Part shown: one piece after another, positions 48,750 through 60,000 of the stretch | Layout: each line of letters begins with the position of its first letter | Numbering within the stretch: position 1 is the first letter of the stretch | Source: Macrostomum lignano | Lineage: Eukaryota | NCBI GenBank assembly: GCA_002269645.1 | Contig: NIVC01001541.1 | Location: 62,001 to 126,000 of the forward strand | Direction: 5' to 3' | DNA: 64,000 nucleotides | The notes under the pieces: generated by a model | Database searches by the model: none | Seen by the model: only the letters and a program-made list of their open reading frames with translations | Told to the model about the DNA's origin: nothing | Program-made: the position numbers and the translations under genes

Positions 48750-51333
48750 ATGCTATCGGACGTCAGCCAACTGCAGGCAGGGGACGGCGAATCCGGCGAA
48801 CGATTTCGCCGCGTCCTCGCAGCCTGCCTAAAAGCCTCCCTCGCCGAGTCGACTGCGCACGCGCTGCCGCGTCTCGTGTCCGGGAAGCGGCCGGCTCGAG
48901 TCCGGGTAGTCTGGTTGGCGCTCTTTGGCCTCCTGGCCTGCGTGTTTGGTTATCAGGTAAATCGGCTTCGATTCAATCAAGATTCCGACATAGAATAAAA
49001 GCACATAGTAGCGGCGCCTTAATCCAGAGTTTTCAAAGTTAAACTTCAAATCAATCGCCATGGAGGTTTATAATGAGAATTCCATCTGAGTCGACGCTGA
49101 CCCAAGTATGTACGAGTACCCGTACACTGATTCCTAGAAAATTAAGCATCGACACGGGACCGCTTTGGAATGACTATTAAGCTCGCTGTAATTGCTACTC
49201 GCCTAAACCGATTTCAGGCGTACAGCTTCGTGCTGAAGCTGATTGACCGTCCAGAGACCACGGGCATTCAGCAGGACTCGGTGCCCATGGTGTTCCCGGA
49301 CCTATTCTTGTGCCCCCAGCCAGCAATGTCTGGCAGCTATGGGAACTACGTCAGTAATGAGACAGCGGACCAGGTGAACGGATTCATCCACGCCATTGCC
49401 AGGCAGCTGAACTTCACTCCGCAGACGGACAAGGAGACTGAGACCTTCATCCGGATCCTACTCAGCACCATGCCCTACCGGCTGCTGAGCGACGAGTTCG
49501 CGCACCAGTTCCAGCAGGCCATCCTGTACGACCTGTACTCCGACAACAGAGCCATGGAGCTGGCCGGAAACTCCACCGGCTCGCTGCTGGTCTTCCACAG
49601 CCCGAGCCGGCTCAACTGCTTCCACATCCGGCTGACGGCCGAGCGGCGAGCCTTTCTAGAGGACCCGAGGAACTTCCTAACGGTCTACCTGTTCTCCGAC
49701 GCGCCCATGGCTGGACTTTACCCGACTCACTCGCGCCTGGGCCGCGTGCCATACGCACTCATCAAGGATGGCGTCGGCTTCTCCATGTGGGACCCGGAGT
49801 ACGGCATGTCCATCCGCAGCGGGGCGGCCATGACGCTGCAGATGGTGCCGCCAGGCCACTATCCGACCGACGCCGCCGCTGCAGTCCTGATTGAGCCGGG
49901 CAGCGAGTGCAGCATCAGCCTGCGGATGTCTCAGCTGGCCATGCAGGACGGCATGGAGTGCGTTGCCGAGTCGCCAAAGGCGCGAATCGTCAACCCCTAC
50001 ACGGAGCAGGTCGAGGAGTTCGAATACAGCGACCATCTATGCTGGATTGAATTCAAAGAGCTGATGAGGTACAAGAAGCTGGGCTGCATTGAACCCACGG
50101 CGCCTCGACTTAAAGCGTTCAGCTACCTGCCCAGGTGTTCATCTGGTTAATTTGTTCTACTGACAAATCGAATTAGAAAGCATCTTTAAATTCCAGATCC
50201 CTCTAAGCGCTTATGAATTGTGAACTTTTGTGCAGACCCTCCAGGTGGTGTTTAGGGAAGTATGGGCTACGGCTTATAGGATAGGAGTCAATGCTCGCAC
50301 CAAGGCTACACAAACTTGCTTTGGTTTTTTGGTGTGCCTTTCAAAGCGTGTATAGCTTACTCCAAATAATGTCACCATGCGACCCTGAAGAGAATAGAGA
50401 CTTGTCAGTCTGTCAAACTGTCAAACTGGGCAAGGCTAGCTTGTATAAAGTATAGTCAAGCGACATAAATGTCTATGGCCAAGAACAGAACCTCTATCAG
50501 CTGTGGTAGATGCTGGCTACTGCTAAGGAGCTGTGCAGTGCATCTTTGTAATAGCAATAGCTCCAGGTCTCCCAACTCAACCCCGCAGGTGCATGGACGC
50601 CCGTGGCTACTTGAACGCCAGCCAGCAGGACAGGCGCAGCTTCCTGCAGGCCAGTCTGGCGATGAAGCGGCAGCACTTCCAGTACGACCTGGAGGCTGTG
50701 CGCTCCGCTTGCAACCCGCGCCGGCCCTGCCGCCAGAACCACTACACAGCCACCACCCACTCCATTCGTTGGCCGTCCTTCAACGGCTACCAGGACGCCG
50801 TCCTGCGCCGGATGTTCTCCGACATCGCCAGCACGAAGCGGCGTACAATGGGCAACTTCACTTATCCCGGATACGACGTCCTCACCAAGCTGTTGGACGA
50901 GATGGAGGCCAACTACACGGCCGCCAGCCGGGCCCGCATTGCCTCCTTCGCGTCCATCATGGTGTCGAAGGTGACCATCAAGACAGCGGCCGCCATGGGC
51001 TCGGTGGTGACCATCAGCCGCGCCTATACCGCGTTCGACTTTGTGTCCAACGTTGGTGGCATCCTGGGCCTGTACCTGGGCTGCTCGCTGCTCACTCTGT
51101 TCGAGCTGTTCGAGCTGCTGCACAGCGTCTGCTTGAGCCTCCGGCTGTGCGATTGCCGATCGCGGCGGTGGCCTGAAGGCAGCGGTGATGCGGAGGCTGC
51201 GGCCGCAACTCAGGCTGAAGCGGCGAAGTCGGCGGTGCCGATGGAGTCGACCGAGAGCCGTCGGCCTCCTCCGCCTCAGGAATGGGGCGGATTTGTGCAA
51301 ACCCTGCGACTGCGGGTGCTGGATCTGGAGTGA
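48750..51333 (+). CDS. DEG/ENaC (amiloride-sensitive channel family) subunit
   Basis: Exons 48750-48956, 49218-50134, 50589-51333 (about 622 aa). ESTAHALPRL, TM1, FPDLFLC, CNPRRPC...Y...WPS, and TM2 signature FVSNVGGILGLYLGCSLLTLFE. Confidence 0.9.
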
Positions 51334-51414
51334 CAGGAATGTCGCGTGTGTTGAGTGACAAGAGTAGATGTGAAATGATTAGTTCGGTGTGACTATATAT
51401 GGAGTATTCGAGTG

Positions 51415-51630
51415 ACTAGATGCCAGTAGAGTGAATATGGACGGTGGAGTGATTAGATAGAGTGTGGAGTGACTAGATAGAGTGTGGAGTGACCAGATAG
51501 GTGTGGAGTGATTAGATAGAGTGTGAAGTGACTAGATAGAGTGTGGAGTGACTAAATAGAGTGTGGGGTGACTGGAGACAGTGTGGAATCACTGGAGGCA
51601 GTGTGGGGTGACCGGAGACAGTGTGGGGGG
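51415..51630. repeat. Degenerate 20-bp repeat after the ENaC stop
   Basis: GACTAGATAGAGTGTGGAGT variants. Confidence 0.8.
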
Positions 51631-52265
51631 TCACATGTGTGGTGTTTACGAGTCTGAGGCCCTGAAGTTCAGCCCGGGTGAATTAAATGCCGAATTCTAT
51701 TATTAAAAGTACGAGATGTCCTGCAGCTGTCTCGGAGCAAAATATTGATGCGTTTCTAAAGTCCTCAAATACATGTAAAAGCAGCACATCAGAGATAAAA
51801 GTTCTATTTCTATCTCCAGTTAAAGCTGTCAGTCATTAATTAGTTTAGCAGGGCCTTCCCGCGTCACTCACCTGCTCTCTGCTTGTTTTCAACCTTTAAT
51901 GTGGAAGGTTTCATGTTTTCATTCTAGTATTCTATGCACACTACTGACTTGGGTTGGCAGTAGCATGATTCTCCAGAGTAGTAAGTGCATTAATTTAAAA
52001 AAAATTAATAAAGCTTGCTTTATTTAACATAGAATTTTGCTCAGATAAAAAATTAAATGCGGTCCATCAAAATAACAGGTGTAAAAGTTCACTTTAGAAT
52101 TTTTCTTTTAACTGCTTGTCAAGCTTCACTGCATCGCAAAGATCAGTGCTAAATGATCACTTTTGAATCGAATGAACTGGCTTTCATCCGTTGTCTTTCC
52201 TGTGACATTTTTTCGTCTTTTTCTGCTTGTTCCATGCTCGATTTTTTTGCTAAAGTCAAACAAAG

Positions 52266-52418
52266 GGAGAGAAAGGGAGGGAGAGGGAGAGGGAGAGGGA
52301 GAGAGAGGGAGTGAGAGAGAGAGAAGGAAGAGAGGGAGAGAGAGAAGGAAGAGAGGGAGAGAAAGGGAGGGAGAGGGAGGAAGAGAGGGAGAGAGGGAGA
52401 GCAGAGAGGAGGGAAGAT
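52266..52418. repeat. GA-rich low-complexity tract
   Basis: Pure purine run. Confidence 0.9.
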
Positions 52419-53328
52419 GGGGAACGCTAAGACACAGAGCAATGGAATCAGAGCTGAAGCGGACCAGCCCAGGCGGATTTCCTCAACTACCGGGAAACCA
52501 GGCAGAGCGAGGTCGGCATCTTCACAGATTGCTGGATATTTCTGAGCAGCAAACAGATGGAGTTGAGCGATCGCTATGAAGGACTCTGCGGCAGGCACAT
52601 TTGCAAACTCGGACTAAACAAATGGCAGTCCTATTCTGAGCAGGCTCAATGCAAAACGCATTAGCCAGAGCTGACTCACTCAGGCTTGCCTGGCACCTGC
52701 GTGCTTCGGTTCGGGCGGCAGCTCAAAAGCCACTGAAGCGTAGCGACCCGCCAGCCATTGTGAGGGTAAGAGAGTGGAGGGGAGACAATGGCCCGCCTCG
52801 CTCAGCTGCCTGCTTGCGCCAGCCTGAGTCTGAGCTGAGCAATAACTCCACAAGAGCTATACAACTCTGTTTAAGAATTCGAGTCCACACTCTGAGCAGT
52901 ATAAGACTCGAACAATAGTTGCTACGCTGTCAGCATGGGGAGAGCAGGCAGGTGTGCCTAGCTGCTGCAGGCAGAAGGCAATTAGATATCAGATGGCAAC
53001 AGAGAGCCACAACTCATGCAGCTGCTGGGCAGATCAATGAGATTCGCGCCGCCAGGGGGCTCAACCAGCGGTGGCAGGCACGGAGACAAAAGGCATCGAA
53101 CTTAGCTGAGATGAAGATGGGGTTGGGGGGCGGTGAGTGCAGCTCTCAGAGCTTCGTGCCACAACTCGCCCGAGCGCTACTTGGCCAGGGGGCATCAGAC
53201 AGAGCAATCTGGAGTCACAGAGTTTCATTTGACACTGCCGTGTGCTGAGCTATTTTCATATCAAGCTCGACGCTTACTGCCCGAACCGGTGAGGCTGTCA
53301 AGTCTACGAAGTTTTGTTGCCTTTTATG

Positions 53329-53990
53329 TGGCGCTAAAACGAGTGTCTGTGGCGCTAAAATGAGTGTCTGTGGCGCTAAAATGCGTGTCTGTGGCGCTAA
53401 AATGCGTGTCTGTGGCGCTAAAATGCGTGTCTGTGGCGCTAAATTGAGTGTCTGTGGCGCAAAATTGAGTGTCTGTGGCGCTAAAATAAGTGTCTGCGGC
53501 GCTAAATTGCGTGTCTGTGGCGCTAAATTGACTGTCTGTGGCGCAAAATTGAGTGTCTGTGGCGCTAAAATAAGTGTCTGCGGCGCTAAATTGAGTGTCT
53601 GTGGCGCTAAATTGAGTGTCTGTGGCGCTAAATTGAGTGTCTGTGGCGCTGAAATGAGTGTCTGTGGCGCTAAAATGCGTGTCTGTGGCGCTAAATTGAC
53701 TGTCTGTGGCGCAAAATTGAGTGTCTGCGGCGCTAAAACAAGTGTCTGTGGCGCTAAAACAAGTGTCTGTGGCGCTAAAATGAGTGTCTGTGGCGCTAAA
53801 TTGAGTGTCTGTGGCGCTAAATTGAGTGTCTGTGGCGCTAAATTGAGTGTCTGTGGCGCTAAATTGAGTGTCTGTGGCGCTAAATTGAGTGTCTGTGGCG
53901 CTAAATTGAGTGTCTGTGGCGCTAAAATGAGTGTCTGTGGCGCTAAAATGAGTGTCTGTGGCGCTAAAATGAGTGTCTGTGGCGCTGAAA
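53329..53990. repeat. 21-bp minisatellite GTGTCTGTGGCGCTAAAATGA
   Basis: About 31 units. Confidence 0.95.
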
Positions 53991-54689
53991 TGCGCCAAAC
54001 GAGCCGTTGTTACCCCACCATAAAATCTGTGGCAATGTCCCTGCCTCTGCTTGTGCCCTCCAACTACATTTTTTAACCTTTTAACTTGCTGGGAGCTTTG
54101 AGCAAAGTTGTTAGTGTTGTTCATCTCCAGAATTTTGATCGAACTCTCCTTGAAATTTGGAAATGGAATGCTGGTCATTCATTCAAATTTTATTGTCTGA
54201 CAAGCCGAGCGGACTGGGCAGGCTGCTTGCAGCCAATCTGTGTCTTACAAAACTCCTATCTGGGACAAAGCAGAGCTCAAGGCAAGCCCAGGCAAGACCT
54301 GCCCGAGCCGGCAGCCACCCCTGCCCCCAACCCCAGCCCAGAAAAGGCTTGAAATACGAAGCGAGTTCGGGCCCCAAACAAGAGCTCAGAGTAGAGTTGA
54401 GACTTTGAGTCAGAGACTCAGCCAGCATGCAGCAGACAGCCAGAAGCTGCCAGAGTGAGCCGATGGAATTGAGCAGGTGAGTGGCGCCGTTACCAAACCA
54501 AATTCCAAAGCCTGTTCGGGGGCTCAGGAGTCAGGTGCAATGCGTTGTACAAAATTAATTTAACTAAGCAGAGGCGAAAGTCTTCTGCGAGTTAGAAACA
54601 ACTGTCGTATTGCACCTAACCCGCCCACGTTGAGCTGGATTGAGCGACATGCTGGTAGTCTGTGCTGATAGACCGAGTTTTCACTTCCT

Positions 54690-55256
54690 AAGCCCACTGA
54701 GACTGTCTATGGCCAAAAGACCATTGGTTCAGTGCAATGTGTGTTTTAGTCAGCCTATGCATGTTGAAGCGCACGGCAGCCCACTGAGACTGTCTATGGC
54801 CAAAAGACAATTGGTTCAGTGCAATGTGTGTTTTAGTCAGCCTATGCATGTTGAAGCGCACGGCAGCCCACTGAGACTGTCTATGGCCAAAAGACCATTG
54901 GTTCAGTGCAATGTGTGTTTTAGTCAGCCTATGCATGTTGAAGCGCACGGCAGCCCACTGAGACTGTCTATGGCCAAAAGACCATTGGTTCAGTGCAATG
55001 TGTGTTTTAGTCAGCCTATGCATGTTGAAGCGCACGGCAGCCCACTGAGACTGTCTATGGCCAAAAGACCATTGGTTCAGTGCAATGTGTGTTTTAGTCA
55101 GCCTATGCATGTTGAAGCGCACGGCAGCCCACTGAGACTGTCTATGGCCAAAAGACCATTGGTTCAGTGCAATGTGTGTTTTAGTCAGCCTATGCATGTT
55201 GAAGCGCTCGGCAGCCCACTGAGACTGTCTATGGCCAAAAGACAATTGGTTCAGTG
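54690..55256. repeat. 87-bp tandem repeat (about 6.5 near-identical units), interrupted by the Gypsy insertion
   Basis: The last unit breaks at ...TTCAGTG, directly followed by the LTR start TGGACAAG. Confidence 0.95.
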
Positions 55257-55824
55257 TGGACAAGTCGTGGTACCTGCGGTTTAGGCTACTGGTTTTCTAT
55301 TTGCTACTAAGGATTTTACTAGTGGATTATTGTCTGCTGCACTGATTTGAGATTTGGTAGTTTCGCTGCCACCAGGTTCCTGCTGTTCCCTAATTCTAGC
55401 TTTTAGGTTTAAAGAACTGAGCCAGGACACCAATTTAGACTTAGTTAACACAAAAAAATATTTAATAAAAGTAAATTACGGTACAAAAGTTAGTTTTGTT
55501 TTACATTAACTCCTTATTCCCGCTATAGTGCTTTGGGCAAGACTCCCAGTATTTTAGAGGCAAGACTCCTCTGTACAAGCCTAACCCTTATATTTCCCTT
55601 TCTTACCACTTCTTCGCGAACTCTCTAAGTTAAACAGGAGAAGACACTCCAACGAAAGGCTTTCTTTCCCAAGAGCCCAACTGCTCTGTATTTCTAAAGG
55701 AACCCCGATTTTATCCACTTACCCCTGCTCTAATTATTTTCCCGGGTTGAAACTACTGATAGTAGGGTAAAAGCATATTTAAACCCACAAAATTTCCCGT
55801 TCCTAAAAGTAATGCCCTACTACA
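55257..55824 (-). repeat. 3' LTR (568 bp, TG...CA)
   Basis: TG/CA termini, adjoined by the PPT; 55257-55674 matches 63157-63574. Confidence 0.85.
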
Positions 55825-55834
55825 CCTCCCCCTC
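55825..55834 (-). promoter_or_regulatory. Polypurine tract
   Basis: GAGGGGGAGG immediately before the TGTAGT start of the 3' LTR on the minus strand. Confidence 0.8.
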
Positions 55835-56338
55835 GCTACAAAAATGTGCAAAACCCCCTTTTGTACATTGATGATTATATTTATTAACAAAATTTTAGTT
55901 ACGTAATAAATATTAGTGCGCTTTTCAGCGATATACTGAATATAGGGATGAAGTAAGCAACTATTATGAATATGAAAATGTAATGCGTAAACATGAATTC
56001 CTAGACAATGTAGGATATATAATGAATTATTGATATTAAGTTGCATATTGCTATATTGCTAAAACAAAAAAAAATTTTTTTTAGCACACTACAACAACAA
56101 GATATAAGCATAAGTGGTGTGTGTCTTATTAGCATCGGATTGAGTAATGTTGGCACTATTAAGAATAACATGTAGACATATCAAATTAGAAAACTGCACG
56201 CAACGTAAAATGTGGACAGGTCTTTATGTAAAAAAAAGGAAGTGCTATGATTAAAGCAAGGCAGCGATTTAATGCAATTTGTCCCTAGAGATGGTAAAAA
56301 TAGCCAATATATAGTAAAATGCAGTTCGATTACTCTAG

Positions 56339-57061
56339 TTAGATGTCGTGTACAGGCCGAAGATTATTAGTGTTTTGCGCCGATGCATACAATAAGCCGT
56401 TGACCGGGATCATTTGGCGCTCCGGGTCGAATTTTCCCGCCAAGAACTCTAGTTGCTCCATGGTGACGCTCATACTGAAGGGGCCGCATGCGTTACTTTC
56501 CGCATACTGGAGGCAATAGGTACAGGCTATTTCGTAGCACTTAATTGCCTCCTCCTTGGTCGCTGTCGTTAAGAAACGCGCGCAGGCTTCGGGTAATTCG
56601 GTTTCGAACATACCGGTCTTACCCGTCCTTAGTATGTACTTCTTGAGGGCCCGGCGGCAGCGTCTAAACTTCCTCTTTTGCTCCTCTGGGTCTACTTGCG
56701 GCTCGGCTGGCTCCTCTGCTGGTTGCTGTCGCTCTTCTTCTTCCTCTAATCCGTCTTCCTGCTGGCTTCCTTCCTCATACTGTCGCACCTCTTCCATGAA
56801 TCTGGTCATCTCCTCTCGGAACGCTTCTTCCTCTCTTTCCGTCTCCCTTTCCAACTCTTCCAAGTCTATGTCCACGACCAGTTTTCCTTCGGGCTCACCG
56901 TTCTCTTCCGGTTGCTCTAATTTCTGCTTCTTGCATTCTTCTCCTCGCTCTGCCAATTGTACGGCCCTAATTCGCGGGGGCTCATTCTCATCTTGCTCCT
57001 GTCTTCTTCCTTGGCCATAGATGCGTTTTTTTGGATAGACGCGGACTGGGGCGTCGACCAT
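56339..57061 (-). CDS. Gypsy ORF3 of unknown function (240 aa, acidic, Cys-containing C-terminus)
   Basis: Open, non-repetitive ORF starting 2 nt after the pol stop (TAA CT ATG), between pol and the PPT. Confidence 0.7.
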   Translation of the reverse strand: MVDAPVRVYPKKRIYGQGRRQEQDENEPPRIRAVQLAERGEECKKQKLEQPEENGEPEGKLVVDIDLEELERETEREEEAFREEMTRFMEEVRQYEEGSQQEDGLEEEEERQQPAEEPAEPQVDPEEQKRKFRRCRRALKKYILRTGKTGMFETELPEACARFLTTATKEEAIKCYEIACTYCLQYAESNACGPFSMSVTMEQLEFLAGKFDPERQMIPVNGLLYASAQNTNNLRPVHDI

Positions 57062-57063
57062 AG

Positions 57064-60000
57064 TTATTGAGATGTTGGCTGCAAGAGGTTAAATGGGTTA
57101 AACAACTCCGCTATCCTCTGCACATAACTTTTCCGGTTTGGCCTGACAGTTAATCTATCTGGAGCATGACGCTCTCTAGCTGGCCTAGCTTCTAAATTAC
57201 TCCCTAGATTATTGTTATTATTTAATTGTACCGGCATAACTCCTTGTACACCTACTAAATTATTTTGATTATTATTTTGATGCTGCACTTGTTGATTTGG
57301 CACTGACTGCACATTATTTTGATTTTGCACTGGCATAAACTGCTCATTATTTTGATGTTGCACTGGCATAAACTGCTCATTATTTTGATGCTGCACCGGC
57401 ATAAACTGCTCATTATTTTGATTTTGCACTGGCATAAACTGCTCATTATTTTGATGTTGCACTGGCATAAACTGCACTGCGTCTTCGTACTCGTCTTCAC
57501 TTTCTGAGTCATTGTACACATTCGGCTGGCTATTGGCTAACTGTTCCCTATTGTATTGTTTCCTCTGCTCTTTTGGCTTAGTACTGGCTTCTTCTTCCTG
57601 ATAATCTGCTTGCGGTACTTTCATTAAATTATCCCTATGCATAATAAGTTCTTCCTTTCTAGCCTTCTTATTTTTGGTAACTGGTCTAATCTTAAAGACT
57701 ACTTCTGATAATTGTTCTACAATTTCATAAACTGCCCTCTGTTTTCTGTGAAATTTGTTAGCCTCTGTGTTAGCAATTACTGGATTATTGATAAATACTA
57801 AGCTTCCTACAGGCAATGTTTTCGGCTTAGGCTTGTTAGAGTACTCCTGCTCACGGTTTTGTTGCACTAATTTTAATATCTTTCTTGCTAGTTCTTGGCC
57901 TTCCTGCAGATTCTGCTGATGATCCTGGACATAAGATGGCAGGTCCTGAAACTGCTTTGGCTCGTTCAGCTCATTGTCACAGGGCATTCTGGCCTCTCGT
58001 CCAAAGACTAAATAGTGCGGACTAAATCCTGTGGCAGTGTGCGTGCTGGTTCTCAGAGCTGTTATGCAACCTGGCAACAGAACGTCCCAGTTGGAATGCT
58101 CCTTCTCCAGTAAACAGGTGAGAATTGATTTAATCTGCTTATTAAGGTTTTCTACTAAGCCATTGCTCTGCGGATGATAACTAGTTGTTCGAGTGTGTCT
58201 AATGCCATAGAGGTCTAAAAATTTCTTAAAGGCCCTACCAGTGAACTGTGTTCCCTGGTCTGTGTGAATCCATTGTGGAATCCCAAAATCAGCGAAAACT
58301 CGTTCTTGTAGAATTTTGATAACTGTTTTAGCCTTCTGATTCCTAATTGCAAATGCGAATGGAAATTTGCTAGTGCTGTCTATGACTGAAAGTACATATT
58401 TGTTTCCTGATTTGCTAGTTTGGCCAATAGGTCCTATTAGATCTATGTGCAATCTACCGAATGGTTCGACTACAGGATAGTTCTGAATTGGTGCCTTAAT
58501 TCTTCGTCTAGTTTTGCTTTCTAGGCATGATTTACATTTGGCTACGTAGCGCTCAACTGCTGTTGCTAATCCTGGCCTCCAAAATCGAATTTTAATTCTC
58601 TGATAAGTTTTATCTCGACCTAGATGTCCCGCTAACGGTGAATCATGGAATTGGTGAAAGACTTCACTATCCAGAGACTTGGGCAACACTACTTTTGGAT
58701 CAGTCTGCCCCATAGATAAGTCTACTTTGAGTACGCCGTCCTCAATTCTGAGCAACTCATAGTAACCTAAGAGGTTCCTACAGTCGTGGGTTAACTCTAG
58801 TCGTTCTTGAAATGTCGGTTTAGGCGAGTCATTCTCAATTAAATTTCTAACAAAGCCTACCGCCGGATCGGCTAGCTGTGCTGCGATCAATTGGTCACGG
58901 CGAACTGGGCTACGGAGATAGTCACTGAGCAGGGCATTGCATGCAGGCGGATTTCCGGTTTTAGGCTCCTGTCCCTGTCTATTGTCTCGCCGACTGCTAC
59001 TAAAGATCGGAGTATTGTGTCGGTTCGTGACAGTGTCTTGTGACGAACAGCATGACGGAACTCCACTGCTCGAGCTACAGGTTTCAGCGAACGCGGAATT
59101 GCCTGAGCTGACAGTAAAAGCTGATGCTGGGTCTGTATTCACAGTTGCCCTACAGCTTAGCGACCTGGCATGTGGGGACATCTCTTCCGGTTGAGGATCA
59201 GGGATCCTGGATAGAGCGTCAGCATTCACATGTTTAGGGCCACTTCTATGTTCTATCTCAAAATCAAATTCGGAAAGTCTTTCGATCCAACGACCTAAAA
59301 TGCCTGTCTGTTCGGTTTGGCGAAGCAACCAGGTTAGGGCATTGTGATCAGTGCGCACCTTAAAATGTTTTCCTACGAGGTAAAATCTAAAATACTTCAG
59401 CGAGTCAACAATCGCTAGAAGCTCCTTCCTCGTAATCGGATATCTAGTTTCTGACTGCCTCATTTTCCGACTATAATACGCGATCGGTCTTTCTATGCCG
59501 TCGCTCTGAACTTGATTCAAGACCGCCCCAATTCTGACATCTGATGCATCAGTGTCTAACACAAAATAAACTTGGGGGTCTGTATTAAACTCTGGGTAAG
59601 CAAGCACTTCTTCGGAACACATCCGTTCCTTCAACAATTCGAAGCATTCATCATGAATCCTGGTCCATTTGTCCTGGATACATTTGATGTTCTTCTTAGT
59701 TAACTCACAGAGTGGTGCTGCTACCTCGGCAAAATCTCTAACGAATTTTCTATAGTAATTACAGAGTCCGAGAAAACTTCGAAGCTCTGTCACAGATTTA
59801 GGTTTCGGCCAGTTCCTAATTGATTCTAATTTCGACGCATCTCTCTTAATTCCTGTTTTGCCTATGACGTGTCCTAGATATTGTAATTCTGATTTGAAAA
59901 GGTGACATTTCTTAGCCTTTAGTTTCATGTTAGCTTGTATTAGTCTCTTGAGCACTTCTTTCAGGTTTCTAAATGCGATTCAAAGTCTGCACTATAAACT

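Noticed and set aside
52440-53320. ORFs 52649-52918, 52919-53248 and 53133-53363 as a gene
   Set aside because: No recognisable domain or coherent splice pattern.
54690-55256. 87-bp and other regular arrays as CRISPR-like loci
   Set aside because: Units are near-identical end to end with no unique spacers, there are no cas genes, and the context is eukaryotic.
56339-57061. ORF3 as an envelope gene
   Set aside because: No signal peptide, furin site plus fusion peptide, or transmembrane anchor; the protein is short and highly acidic.
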